Below, piece by piece: positions 30,567-44,874 of a stretch of 64,000 bases of DNA. The notes beneath the pieces are model-generated. The model worked only from the letters and a program-made list of their open reading frames with translations, was not told the DNA's origin and did no database searches. Origin of the DNA: an uncultured Alphaproteobacteria bacterium. Its GTDB lineage: Bacteria; Pseudomonadota; Alphaproteobacteria; UBA7879; VGCX01. The DNA lies in assembly GCA_913061155.1 (NCBI GenBank), contig CAJXSI010000002.1, positions 1,167-65,166 of the forward strand. The letters are read 5' to 3'. The translations under genes and the position numbers were made by a program. Within the stretch, counting starts at the first letter, position 1, and every line of letters begins with the position of its first letter.

Positions 30567-30882
30567 AAATCCCTTTGTTCTATGTGGCGATAGGTAGCCA
30601 ATCTTATGTATGTCAGTTATGTAGTGCCGACAGATAGCCTGCATTTTGTAAGCGCCATAGTTTTCTGTCTATCGCAAAATTAAAATAATATGGGCATAGT
30701 TTACCACACTAAGAAAGCAAAATAAAAGATATTTACAAAGGAAAAATCATGTCCTTTGAAGGAGGTTTTGAAAAAATTAGGAAGATATTTTGGCGCGTTA
30801 AGAAGAGGCTGGTTATTAACTTTTTTAACAATCTTAATAGGATAAATCCCCGTAATATAAAGCGCCTATAAGGGTCTTAAGT

Positions 30883-31833
30883 CTAAGCAACGGCCTGATG
30901 GCCTGGTGTTAAGATCGCTTGGTAATGGGAATGACTAACCTTGGTTTGGGCAGGTTCTGTTTCATTAACAAGTTCCCATGCAGCAGGGTTGTTAAACAAA
31001 GCACAAAGAAGTTGGTTGTTTAAGGCATGCCCGGCACCATTTCCATGAAAATGACCATAGATCATGTGTCCGGAAAGGTATAAATCGCCAACAGCATCCA
31101 AGGCTTTGTGACGCACACATTCATCTTCGTAACGAAGGCCTTCAGGGTTTAAAATGTTATCCCCATCAAAAACAACCGCATTTTCCAGGCTTCCCCCTTG
31201 AGCAAGACCATTCTTGCGAAGCATTTCAACGTCTTCGTAAAAACCAAAGGTACGCGCACGGGCCAGATCTTCTTTAAAACAATCTTGAATGTTTGTTGAA
31301 ATATATTGTTGATTTGCAAGGTTATTACGTCTTGAGAAATCAAATTCGTAACTTACCTTAAAGGCATCATGGGGCATAAGGCGGGCCGAAGTCACCCCAT
31401 CTTTACCTTTAACTTCGATGCTTTTTAATATTTTTATAAATTTTGTTTTGGCAGATTGCTCTTGGATACCGGCACATTCAATAAGGAATAAGAATGGGGC
31501 GGCACTTCCATCCATGATGGGAACTTCTGGTCCGGACACTTCAACAATAACGTTGGAAATGCTTGTGCCGGCCAAGGCTGCCATCACGTGTTCAACTGTA
31601 GAAATGCTAATACCATGTTTGTTTTGAATTTTTGTGCAAAGACGGGTGTCTGTCACATTGTCCCATTTCGCAGGGATTGTGGCCATTTCTTTATTTGATG
31701 TATCAACATCTGTCCGCACAAACTGTATACCAGTGTTTTCTTTTGCAGGGCGCAATGTTAGTGTAACGGGTACACCAGAATGAACGCCAACACCGCTGCA
31801 TGAAATAGATTGTCCAATTGTTTTTTGATACAT
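30883..31833 (-). CDS. lpxC: UDP-3-O-acyl-N-acetylglucosamine deacetylase
   Basis: MYQKTIGQSISCSGVGVHSGVPVTLTLRPA… and …HKALDAVGDLYL…. Confidence 0.9.
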   Translation of the reverse strand: MYQKTIGQSISCSGVGVHSGVPVTLTLRPAKENTGIQFVRTDVDTSNKEMATIPAKWDNVTDTRLCTKIQNKHGISISTVEHVMAALAGTSISNVIVEVSGPEVPIMDGSAAPFLFLIECAGIQEQSAKTKFIKILKSIEVKGKDGVTSARLMPHDAFKVSYEFDFSRRNNLANQQYISTNIQDCFKEDLARARTFGFYEDVEMLRKNGLAQGGSLENAVVFDGDNILNPEGLRYEDECVRHKALDAVGDLYLSGHMIYGHFHGNGAGHALNNQLLCALFNNPAAWELVNETEPAQTKVSHSHYQAILTPGHQAVA

Positions 31834-32074
31834 AAAATAATCCTCTATCTACAATCTAATAAGTTTTTATGTAAATTAAAAATAAACAAATGTTGCAGAA
31901 TGTTACATTCGGGGTTCATTTGCCTTTTGTCGGATAATTCTGCTTGATTGCACAGATCATTTCGCGTTTAAATAAAGGGGCTGATGCAAAGAACAATTTC
32001 TGGAAAAGGCTTTAACGTCTTAATATCATGCAAACAAAAAGCCTATGAATTAATAAAAAATCGGGGATGGCTTA

Positions 32075-32527
32075 ATGAAAATAATAATTTTACTGTTGGT
32101 ATTGTTGGTTCCTTTTAAGACAGTTGCCTTTGAAAAGGCGGACTGTAGCTTGAAATGCAAAGGAAGGTTCTATAGCCAAAAAGGGCTGAAGATCCTGCAA
32201 GATATTTTAAGGGATAAAAAGAAACTTAGTGAAAAAGATGTGGCGGCCATTATCAATGGGGGTGACGCTGACAAAAGTTTGACCATGGGTTGTTTGACGG
32301 CCTGTAATGCCAAAGATATTAGGGATACTCTTTGCTTTGTTTTAAGTCAGGAAAGTGATGAAAGTTTTGTTGAAAAGTTATCAGATGTTCTTCGTTCAAG
32401 TAAAAAAGCATCTGATTTCAGTTTGAGCCACGAGAAAGCTTGCAAGAAAATATTCCCAAAAAAGACAGGAAATATTTCAATGAATTATAAGGCAATCAGA
32501 AAAAACCTGGGGCCTAAGTCAGGCTAG
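32075..32527 (+). CDS. Small secreted Cys-containing hypothetical protein
   Basis: Signal peptide MKIIILLLVLLVPFKTVAFE. Six Cys. No recognisable domain. Confidence 0.45.
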   Translation: MKIIILLLVLLVPFKTVAFEKADCSLKCKGRFYSQKGLKILQDILRDKKKLSEKDVAAIINGGDADKSLTMGCLTACNAKDIRDTLCFVLSQESDESFVEKLSDVLRSSKKASDFSLSHEKACKKIFPKKTGNISMNYKAIRKNLGPKSG

Positions 32528-33710
32528 AACAGGCTTTTTTAATACGCTTTAAGGCTTCTTTAATTTGATCCAAACTGGTGGCATAAGATAGTCTTACATA
32601 AGGGGAAAACCCAAAAGCACTTCCTGGGACAACGGCCACTTCCGCAAAATCTAACAAAAATTCAGCAAAGTCAGTATCCGTTTCAATGACGGCCCCAGCC
32701 GGTGTTTTCTTGCCAATGAATTCTTTGCAATAAGGGTATACATAAAATGCCCCAATAGGTTCAAGACACGTCATGCCTTTGATGGTGTTTAATTCTTTGA
32801 CGATATAATCCCGACGTTCTTTAAAGCATAAAGTGCGTTCTTTTAGAAAATCTTGATCGCCTTTCAGGGCAACAGCTGCGGCCGCTTGACTGATGGAACA
32901 AGCATTTGATGTGCTTTGGGATTGTATTTTTTTCATGGCTGAGATCAAATCTTTCGGCCCCCCTGCATAACCAATACGCCACCCTGTCATCGCATAAGAT
33001 TTTGATACGCCGTTCACTGTAAGGGTCCTATTAAATAAACTTGGGCATGCTTCGGCAAAGGCATAAAATTTATGTTCATATATAATGTGTTCATAAATTT
33101 CATCAGATAAGACATAAATATCTGGATGCTTTTTTAAGACATCTTCTATAGCTTGGAATTCTTCTTTGCTATAAATACTGCCCGTTGGATTGTTGGGAGA
33201 ATTCAAAACCAACCACTTTGTTTTGTTTGTAATCGCTTTTTTCAAATCATTGGGCGTGATCTTGAAATTATTTTCTGCAGCCCCTTCAATAAAAACAGGC
33301 ACCCCTTCGGCGATTCGGACCATTTCAGGATATGAAACCCAATAAGGGGCAGGGATGATGACTTCATCTTGGGGATTTAACGTTGCCAAGAAAGCATTAA
33401 ACAGAATTTGTTTGGCCCCGGTTCCCACAATAATTTGGTCAAGGTCATAGTTTAAATTATTTTCATCGCGAAATTTATCAGCAATGGCTGATTTTAAATA
33501 AGTTGTTCCATCAACCGAGGTATATTTTGTTTGCCCATCTTTTATGGCTTGGATGGCAGCGTCTTTAATAAAATCAGGCGTGTCAAAATCTGGTTCACCG
33601 GCGCTAAGGCTGATAACGTCTTTGCCGTCTACTTTCATCGCGCGGGCTTTTGCCGAAATGGTTAATGTGGGCGATGGTTTGATTTGGCTTAATCTGTCAG
33701 CAAATTTCAT
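32514..33710 (-). CDS. Class-I PLP-dependent aminotransferase (aspartate/aromatic aminotransferase family)
   Basis: …LSAGEPDFDTP…, …LNSPNNPTGS…, …NGVSKSYAMTGWRIGYAGGP… (PLP-Lys). Confidence 0.8.
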   Translation of the reverse strand: MKFADRLSQIKPSPTLTISAKARAMKVDGKDVISLSAGEPDFDTPDFIKDAAIQAIKDGQTKYTSVDGTTYLKSAIADKFRDENNLNYDLDQIIVGTGAKQILFNAFLATLNPQDEVIIPAPYWVSYPEMVRIAEGVPVFIEGAAENNFKITPNDLKKAITNKTKWLVLNSPNNPTGSIYSKEEFQAIEDVLKKHPDIYVLSDEIYEHIIYEHKFYAFAEACPSLFNRTLTVNGVSKSYAMTGWRIGYAGGPKDLISAMKKIQSQSTSNACSISQAAAAVALKGDQDFLKERTLCFKERRDYIVKELNTIKGMTCLEPIGAFYVYPYCKEFIGKKTPAGAVIETDTDFAEFLLDFAEVAVVPGSAFGFSPYVRLSYATSLDQIKEALKRIKKACSSLT

Positions 33711-33779
33711 ATCAATTTCTTTACATTACAAGGTTGGTGGATTATTAATAAGAGTCAATAGTATTCAAGAGATAAGAAA

Positions 33780-34388
33780 ATGTCCAAAAAAAATTTAATA
33801 ATTTTACTTTCTGCCTTCATTACCTTTGCATTGGGAATGGGATATTACGTTTCTACCTATGTTCAGCCGGCAAAAACAAGTACACAAACGGGTAATGCTT
33901 TGTTGGGGGGCGACTTTATCCTAACCAGTCATAAGGGCCAAAATATTGATACAAAACAATTTCGGGGTAAATATATAATGGTTTATTTTGGGTACAGTTT
34001 TTGCCCAGATATTTGCCCAACAGCCTTGGAAAATATGTCAGAAGCCATGATGAAATTGGCGGATATCGGCCATAAAATTCAACCCATTTTTGTGACAGTT
34101 GACCCGGACCGTGATACGGTTCAGCAACTTGAAACGTATATCCAAAGTTTTCATCCAAGATTTTTGGCTTTGACGGGGACGAAAAAAGCGCTGGATAAGG
34201 CTATTAAAGCTTACAGAGTTTACGCCCAGAAAGTTGATGATGAAGGGGCCTCTGATTATTTGGTGGATCACTCTTCGATCGTTTATGTGATGGGGCCTGA
34301 TGGTCAATATGTTGCCCACTTTTCCCATAAGACTTCGGGGGAAGAAATGGCGTTTAAACTCCGTGAAATTATAAAGTCAGGGGCTTAG
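33780..34388 (+). CDS. SCO1/SenC copper chaperone for cytochrome oxidase assembly
   Basis: N-terminal TM and thioredoxin-like …YFGYSFCPDICPTAL… CxxxCP motif. Confidence 0.8.
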   Translation: MSKKNLIILLSAFITFALGMGYYVSTYVQPAKTSTQTGNALLGGDFILTSHKGQNIDTKQFRGKYIMVYFGYSFCPDICPTALENMSEAMMKLADIGHKIQPIFVTVDPDRDTVQQLETYIQSFHPRFLALTGTKKALDKAIKAYRVYAQKVDDEGASDYLVDHSSIVYVMGPDGQYVAHFSHKTSGEEMAFKLREIIKSGA

Positions 34389-34389
34389 G

Positions 34390-35559
34390 ATGATTAAGCT
34401 TGTTAGGCAAAATCTGCCCATTAAATTAATGTTATTGATCTTGATGGTTAGTATTTTTGGTGTCCATGTTTCAGCCGATATCAAAAGTTTTTCATTGGCC
34501 TTAAGCCTTTCCATGAAAGAAGGGTTGGTTTTCGTTTTACCTGTCATTATTTTTTCTTTCCTGTTCAGTAGTTTTTCAAAATTCAGTGGTAATATTGTTT
34601 TGTTTGTCACGGCATTATTGGGGGTTGTCTGTGTGTCTAACTTTACCAGTACAATGGTGGGCTATGGGATTGCCTTTTTGTGGATGCCAGATTTTTCCGC
34701 CACTGTCGGGCAAATGGGGGGAAAAGAATTATTGCCTTTGTGGTCCTTTGCTTTGCCAAAATATATATCAAATGAATGGGCTTTGTTTTCAGGTTTTTTC
34801 GCCGGTGTTGTTGCCTCAGGGGGTGGCAATAAAAGATTGATCGCTTGGTCTGAAAAACTTAAGAATCTTTCAAATTTATTTTTAAATAAAGTATTTGTTC
34901 CGTTGGTCCCAATTTTTATCCTTGGGTTTATTTTTAAGATGGAATACGAAGGTAGCCTAAGGGTTGTTTTAACGTCCTATAGCTCTGTTTTGGGCGTTTT
35001 AATTTTGGTCTATATTGTTTATTTGTTCATGCTTTATTTCATTGGGTGTGGTTTTAATCTGCAGAAAACGATTACAGCCATTCGCAATGCTTTGCCAGCT
35101 GGGTTGATGGGGTTCAGCACCATGTCAAGTGCGGCGTCTATGCTCTTAACCTTCCGTGCAGGGGAACGTAATACGGGCAACGAAAAACTGGTCAAAGTTG
35201 TGACGCCAACAACAGCCAGCATTCATTTGGTGGGGGACAGCATCGGGGTGCCGTTAATTGCGTTAACAATCTTGTTGGCCTTTGGTTATCCATTCCCAGG
35301 TATCTCAGAATACTTGGTGTTTGTTTTATATTTCATTCTGGCAAAATTTGCGATTTCTGCTGTGCCAGGTGGGGGAATGGTTGTCATGCTGCCGTATATT
35401 CAAAAATACCTTGGGTTTAATGATCCGATGTTGGCCTTGATTATGGCAATTTATCTGTTGTTTGATCCCATTTTTACATCTGTCAATGTTATGGGAAATA
35501 ATGCATTCTTAATTATCTTTAACAAGCTGATGGGCAAGAAAATTTCAAAACCGGAATAG
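34390..35559 (+). CDS. Dicarboxylate/amino-acid:cation symporter (SDF/DAACS)-like membrane protein
   Basis: Ser-rich HP1-like segment (…STMSSAASMLLTF…), …IHLVGDSIGVPL…, HP2-like …TSVNVMGNNAF…. Multi-TM. Assigned from motif resemblance only. Confidence 0.5.
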   Translation: MIKLVRQNLPIKLMLLILMVSIFGVHVSADIKSFSLALSLSMKEGLVFVLPVIIFSFLFSSFSKFSGNIVLFVTALLGVVCVSNFTSTMVGYGIAFLWMPDFSATVGQMGGKELLPLWSFALPKYISNEWALFSGFFAGVVASGGGNKRLIAWSEKLKNLSNLFLNKVFVPLVPIFILGFIFKMEYEGSLRVVLTSYSSVLGVLILVYIVYLFMLYFIGCGFNLQKTITAIRNALPAGLMGFSTMSSAASMLLTFRAGERNTGNEKLVKVVTPTTASIHLVGDSIGVPLIALTILLAFGYPFPGISEYLVFVLYFILAKFAISAVPGGGMVVMLPYIQKYLGFNDPMLALIMAIYLLFDPIFTSVNVMGNNAFLIIFNKLMGKKISKPE

Positions 35560-35593
35560 CCCCTTTTGTGCCTGATTGTGCTTGAAGATTTGG

Positions 35594-35622
35594 TTTAAAA
35601 AGTCTATAGTGTGATAAGACTT
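35594..35622 (+). promoter_or_regulatory. Candidate sigma70-type promoter for dnaN
   Basis: TTGAAG-N17-TATAGT, 30 nt upstream of the dnaN ATG. Confidence 0.35.
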
Positions 35623-35651
35623 TTAAAGCATATTGAAAAACAAGGCAGATC

Positions 35652-36770
35652 ATGAAATTAACCATCGAAAAATCTACGTTATTAAAAGCCCTAGGTCACG
35701 TTCAAACAGTGGTTGAGCGTCGAACAGTCACCCCAATTTTGGCCAATGTTTTATTAGAGGGGACTGATGGAAAGCTTAAATTAACAGCAACTGATCTGGA
35801 TATTTCGATTCAAGAAGAAACATCTGCGAAGGTTCAGCAAAAAGGCAGTGCAACCGTTTCGGCCCACACGTTTTATGATATTGTTCGCAAATTGCCAGAT
35901 GGATCAGATGTTGAATTATCCCATGATGCAAGTTCAGGACAATTTCAACTATCGGCAGGGCGGTCAAATTTCACCCTTCCTTCTTTGCCAGCTGAAGATT
36001 TTTCAAATATTAAAACGTCTGACTTTCCGCACAGCTTTGTTGTGACATCCGAAGAATTACGTCATTTGTTGGCCAGTACACGTTTTGCCATGTCAACAGA
36101 AGAAGCCCGATATTACCTGAATGGAATTTACCTGCACACAAAGAAAGTTGATAACGATATATTCCTGCGCACCGTTGCCACAGATGGCCACCGTTTGGCA
36201 ATGTCAGAAATTCCAGAACCAGATGGTGCAGATGGTATGCCGGATGTTATTATTCCACGCAAAACAATTGCTGAGGCAACAAAGGTATTGGAAAATATGG
36301 AAGGAAATGTAAAAGTTTCTTTGTCCCATACCCAGATTGCTTTTAACTTGGGGGCTGTCCAAATTACGTCCCGGTTGATCGATGGGGCTTTCCCTGATTA
36401 TGAAAAAGTAATCCCATATGATAACCAAAGCGTTTTGACCATCAGCCGCAAAAGCTTTGCTGAGGCTGTGGACCGTATCGCGACAATCTCATCAGATAAA
36501 ACACGATCAATTAAAATCACAATTGAATCGAACAAAGTCCAAGTTTCCGTTTCCAACAGCGATCAAGGAAGTGGGGCAGAGGAAATTGAAGCAACCTATG
36601 ATGGTAAGCGATTAAGTATTGGATTCAATGCCCGTTATGTTTTGGATATCTGTCAGCAAGTTGAAAGTGATACCTTGAAATTTTTATTGGCAGATGAAAC
36701 AGCGCCAGCCATTATCCGCGGCCTGGAAGACGAAGGCAGTCTTTATGTTTTGATGCCAATGCGTGTGTAA
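35652..36770 (+). CDS. dnaN: DNA polymerase III beta sliding clamp
   Basis: MKLTIEKSTLLKALGHVQTVVERRTVTPILANVLLE… canonical N-terminus. ~372 aa. Confidence 0.9.
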   Translation: MKLTIEKSTLLKALGHVQTVVERRTVTPILANVLLEGTDGKLKLTATDLDISIQEETSAKVQQKGSATVSAHTFYDIVRKLPDGSDVELSHDASSGQFQLSAGRSNFTLPSLPAEDFSNIKTSDFPHSFVVTSEELRHLLASTRFAMSTEEARYYLNGIYLHTKKVDNDIFLRTVATDGHRLAMSEIPEPDGADGMPDVIIPRKTIAEATKVLENMEGNVKVSLSHTQIAFNLGAVQITSRLIDGAFPDYEKVIPYDNQSVLTISRKSFAEAVDRIATISSDKTRSIKITIESNKVQVSVSNSDQGSGAEEIEATYDGKRLSIGFNARYVLDICQQVESDTLKFLLADETAPAIIRGLEDEGSLYVLMPMRV

Positions 36771-36820
36771 TAGCCTTAACAACAAGTGGCTATGGACACT
36801 TTTAACAAAGGTTACTAAGG

Positions 36821-37936
36821 ATGCAACAGATCCAGCCATGCTGGCTTAGAACACTTAAACTTCAGAACTTTAGAAATTTTTCTTCTTTAAACATAACTGT
36901 TCCGAAAGATCCGATTATTATCGCGGGGCCAAATGGCATTGGGAAAACCAATATATTGGAAGCGATTTCTTTGTTTTCCCCAGGAAAAGGTCTGCGCCAA
37001 TCAAAGCTTGGGATTATTAAAAAATCAGATGTCCAAGATCAGGGCTGGTTTATTAATGCAGACTTTGAACACCAACACCAAGATCTGAATATTGGCACTG
37101 GGCTGGATTTATCGACAGCTTCTGAACGGCGTATCGTTAAGGTCAATGGGGAAAAATCTTCCCAAACAGCATTGAACGATTGGATAAAAATTTTATGGCA
37201 AACACCCCAGATGGATCGTTTGTTTATTGATGGAATGACCATCCGCCGTAAGTTTTTTGATAAGTTATTGGTGAATTTTTCACCAGAGCATTCCAAGCAT
37301 CTTTATCGATATGATTATGCTTTGCGGGAACGATCCAAATTGCTTCGCGAGGGGATTATGGATCAAAAATGGCTGGCCGTTTTGGAACAAAAAATGGCCC
37401 AAGAATCAATTGCCATTACGGCGAACCGACTGGATTATTTGTCGCAGCTCCAGGGATTTTTGGAACAAGAAATTGAAGGCTTCCCTAAAATCGCGGTTTC
37501 TTTAGAGGGGGATGTTGAAACCCTTATTCATGAAAATTCCGCAACAGTGGCTGAAGAACGTCTCCAAGAAAGGCTTTGCCAGAATCGAAGTCGGGATTCT
37601 GTTATGGGTGGGTCAAAAATTGGGGCACATCAGTCAGAATTTCTTGTTTTGAACCTTGATTGTAACCAGCAAGCTGAGGTATGCTCTACGGGTGAGCAAA
37701 AAGCACTGCTATTGACTTTGATCATGGCAAATGCCCGGTTGCTTGCAACAGTTCATGAGGTTGCCCCCATCCTTTTGTTGGATGAGGTTGTTGCCCATTT
37801 AGATGAAAACAGACGACAAGTCTTATTCAACGAAATTTTAAAGCTTGGAATCCAGTCTTGGTTGACAGGGACAGATGTCCAAGTGTTTGAGCCATTAAGA
37901 AAACATGGTCACTTTATAAACTTAAACGAAAGATAG
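36821..37936 (+). CDS. recF: DNA replication and repair protein RecF
   Basis: Walker A …GPNGIGKTNILEAISL…, signature …LSTGEQKALLL…. Confidence 0.85.
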   Translation: MQQIQPCWLRTLKLQNFRNFSSLNITVPKDPIIIAGPNGIGKTNILEAISLFSPGKGLRQSKLGIIKKSDVQDQGWFINADFEHQHQDLNIGTGLDLSTASERRIVKVNGEKSSQTALNDWIKILWQTPQMDRLFIDGMTIRRKFFDKLLVNFSPEHSKHLYRYDYALRERSKLLREGIMDQKWLAVLEQKMAQESIAITANRLDYLSQLQGFLEQEIEGFPKIAVSLEGDVETLIHENSATVAEERLQERLCQNRSRDSVMGGSKIGAHQSEFLVLNLDCNQQAEVCSTGEQKALLLTLIMANARLLATVHEVAPILLLDEVVAHLDENRRQVLFNEILKLGIQSWLTGTDVQVFEPLRKHGHFINLNER

Positions 37937-37939
37937 TAG

Positions 37940-42137
<4,198 letters not shown>

Positions 42138-42221
42138 GAAGTTTTAAGATACGTTTTTAAATTTGGGGGATGCTATCTAATATGAAAATAGTTAGGGTTC
42201 ATAAATGCATGTAAAGCATTG

Positions 42222-42258
42222 TAAATTGAAAAGGCACAGCCCCTGACGGGGCTGTGCC
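42222..42258 (-). terminator. Strong rho-independent terminator (minus strand) inside the 560-bp spacer
   Basis: 11-bp stem ggcacagcccc-tgac-ggggctgtgcc. On the minus strand it is followed by TTTTCAATTT. Confidence 0.45.
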
Positions 42259-42697
42259 AATATTTAATTATCGTGGGTCTTTTTGTATTTTCTTTATCCC
42301 TGAAGAAAAAGCCTCCCAATAAAAAAGAATCCCGTTTTATAAGTAAAGGGGGCAATGTGTGTACAGGATGCCCCCTGGACTTATACCTTAACTATATAAC
42401 CAATTTAAAGGTCTGCAACCAATAATGTGATATAAATCGCGTATGTGCATAGTTTGTACTGTCTATTAAACTGAAATTAACAGACGGGCCTTGAATGCCA
42501 ATAAAGCAATTAGTAATAAATAAAAATTTCAACAAAATTGGTGGAAATAATAGGGTTTTAGGCGATGTTGGAAAATTGATGGGGGCAAATAATCTGACAA
42601 TTTGGTGCTTCAATCAGGCCTTAATTTTAAACCTAACTTATGGATTGCCTGGAGTTATAAAATATACGGTCGATAAAGCATGTGATGAAAGAAGCGA

Positions 42698-43552
42698 TTA
42701 AACTCTGGGTTCTTTCTGAGTAGCCAATTTTTTGTTTTTGTTAAAACAATGGGGACAAGAAACATCCTCAACATACTCTGGGCTTTCAAGGTCTTCTTGT
42801 GTCAACGGGTGTCGACAGCGATAACATAGTTCATTTTCTGTTTCTTTTAAGGTGGGGCTGACGGCCACACGATGGTCAAAAACAAAGCAGTCACCCTGCC
42901 AATGTTTACCACCACATTCTTCGAAATATTTCAAGACACCCCCATCAATTTGATGAACATCTTTAAAGCCTTTTTTTATCATATAAGGGGCCGCTTTTTC
43001 ACAACGAACACCACCAGTACAAAAAGTTACAATCGTTTTTTCTTTTAAGGAGTCATCAAGATCTGCAACAACTTCTTTAAAGTCTTTAAAGGAATCCATG
43101 TGGGGGGTTAAGGCGTTTTTGAACGTCCCAAGTTTAACCTCGTAATCATTTCGTGTATCAAGGAATACAATGTCTTTCCCTTCATCCAGCCATTTTTCAA
43201 GGACCTTTGGTTTAACAAAGGGCGCAGGGTTGTTAATGGGATCCAGATCATCTTCACCAAAAGCAATAATTTCTTTTTTCAAACGAACCAACATGCGGTT
43301 GAAAGGTTGGTGATCAGACGGGCTGTACTTAAACGTCATGTCTGCAAAGCGTTCATCACTTGTTAAAAAGTTTGTAAAGGCATCAATGTTTTCTTGGGTG
43401 CCAGCCATAACAATATTAATACCTTCAGGGCTGACCAAAATGGTTCCTTTAAGGTTTAAGGATAGGCATTTATTCCGCAGACGGGGGCGTAACGCGATAG
43501 GGTTCACGATTTTAATAAATTTATAACCAGAAATATTGATAACTTGTGACAT
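42698..43552 (-). CDS. trhO: Rhodanese-domain tRNA uridine(34) hydroxylase TrhO (YceA/UPF0176)
   Basis: …INISGYKF…, rhodanese active-site Cys region …VTFCTGGVRCEKA…, C-terminal Cys cluster. Confidence 0.75.
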   Translation of the reverse strand: MSQVINISGYKFIKIVNPIALRPRLRNKCLSLNLKGTILVSPEGINIVMAGTQENIDAFTNFLTSDERFADMTFKYSPSDHQPFNRMLVRLKKEIIAFGEDDLDPINNPAPFVKPKVLEKWLDEGKDIVFLDTRNDYEVKLGTFKNALTPHMDSFKDFKEVVADLDDSLKEKTIVTFCTGGVRCEKAAPYMIKKGFKDVHQIDGGVLKYFEECGGKHWQGDCFVFDHRVAVSPTLKETENELCYRCRHPLTQEDLESPEYVEDVSCPHCFNKNKKLATQKEPRV

Positions 43553-43618
43553 AATGACTTTAATTAAGTTTAACGTTGTTCTACACTATAGTCATCATAT
43601 AAGATCGAACACAGTAAA

Positions 43619-43915
43619 TTGTCAATAGGCAGGAAAATGAAAAAGTATATATTAGTTATATCATTGCTTGGTATTACAAGTTGTGATAACCATCAAAAAA
43701 CAACGGAAATGGATGATAAAGCCCCTGCATTCTATCAAAAAAAATGGGATAAACTTCCAGAAGATAACCAAGTTCTTGGACCTGTTGCAGACCCCAGTAA
43801 CTTGGATACAGTCAGTATCCGTGAAAAAAGGCAGCCTAAAGCTTTTGACGAAGATGATACGATTCGGGATGGTCATGCCCATCGTGCCGGATTTTTTCAA
43901 AACGAAGAAGAATAA
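43619..43915 (+). CDS. Small lipoprotein, hypothetical. The likely start is the internal MKKYILV…, at about 43637.
   Basis: Lipobox …LLGITSC. Confidence 0.45.
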   Translation: MSIGRKMKKYILVISLLGITSCDNHQKTTEMDDKAPAFYQKKWDKLPEDNQVLGPVADPSNLDTVSIREKRQPKAFDEDDTIRDGHAHRAGFFQNEEE

Positions 43916-43917
43916 AT

Positions 43918-44871
43918 ATGAACGAAGACATTAAGATTGCCCAATATGTTATAGAAACTGAAATTAAAGGGCTTCAGGCATTGAAGTCAGTATTTGATAA
44001 TGGTTTTGTTCAAGCCGTTGAAACGGTATTGAAATGCTCTGGGCGTGTTATTGTGACAGGTATGGGGAAAAGTGGTCACGTTTCCAATAAAATTGCGGCA
44101 ACGTTATCTTCTACTGGAACACCAGCTTTTTTCATCCATCCAGCTGAGGCAAGCCACGGAGATCTTGGCATGATCACAGGGCAAGACGTTGTTCTGGCTT
44201 TGTCAAATTCAGGGGAAACCCGTGAATTGTCTGATATTATTGCCTTTGCCAAACGTTTTAATATTCCCTTAATATCAATTACCCAGAATAAAAACAGCAG
44301 TTTAAGTAAAGCTGCCGACGTCAGCATAGTCTTGCCAAAGGAAGAAGAAGCCTGTCCAAATGGATTGGCGCCAACAACATCATCAACCATGATGTTGGTG
44401 TTTGGGGATGCCTTGGCCGTGACTTTGCTTAAAAGAAAAGGGTTTTCAAAAAATGATTTCAAAGTATTTCACCCAGGCGGTAAATTAGGGGCAAAGTTAA
44501 TGCATGTCAAAGATTTGATGCATAAAGGGGATCAAATTCCTTTGGTTCAGGAAGGAACCTTGATGTCCGAAGCTTTATTGGAAATGACAAAAAAACGTTT
44601 TGGCTGTGTGGGGATTGTAAATGCCCAAAACAGATTGACGGGTATCATTACAGATGGCGACTTACGAAGGACAATGTCACCAGGTCTTTTGAATGAAAAA
44701 GTTGAAAATATTATGTCGAAAAACCCCAAAACAATTGAAGAGGAAAGTTTGATTGAAAGTGCCGTCAGTAAAATGTCGGGGTCCATTACAACATTATTTA
44801 TTGCAGATGATGCTAAAAAAATTCTTGGGATTATCAGTATTCACGACTGTCTATTAGTAGGGGCTGTTTAG
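43918..44871 (+). CDS. kdsD: Arabinose-5-phosphate isomerase (KpsF/GutQ family; SIS + tandem CBS)
   Basis: SIS …RVIVTGMGKSGHV… and C-terminal CBS pair. Conserved position upstream of lptC-lptA-lptB. Confidence 0.85.
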   Translation: MNEDIKIAQYVIETEIKGLQALKSVFDNGFVQAVETVLKCSGRVIVTGMGKSGHVSNKIAATLSSTGTPAFFIHPAEASHGDLGMITGQDVVLALSNSGETRELSDIIAFAKRFNIPLISITQNKNSSLSKAADVSIVLPKEEEACPNGLAPTTSSTMMLVFGDALAVTLLKRKGFSKNDFKVFHPGGKLGAKLMHVKDLMHKGDQIPLVQEGTLMSEALLEMTKKRFGCVGIVNAQNRLTGIITDGDLRRTMSPGLLNEKVENIMSKNPKTIEEESLIESAVSKMSGSITTLFIADDAKKILGIISIHDCLLVGAV

Positions 44872-44874
44872 GCG

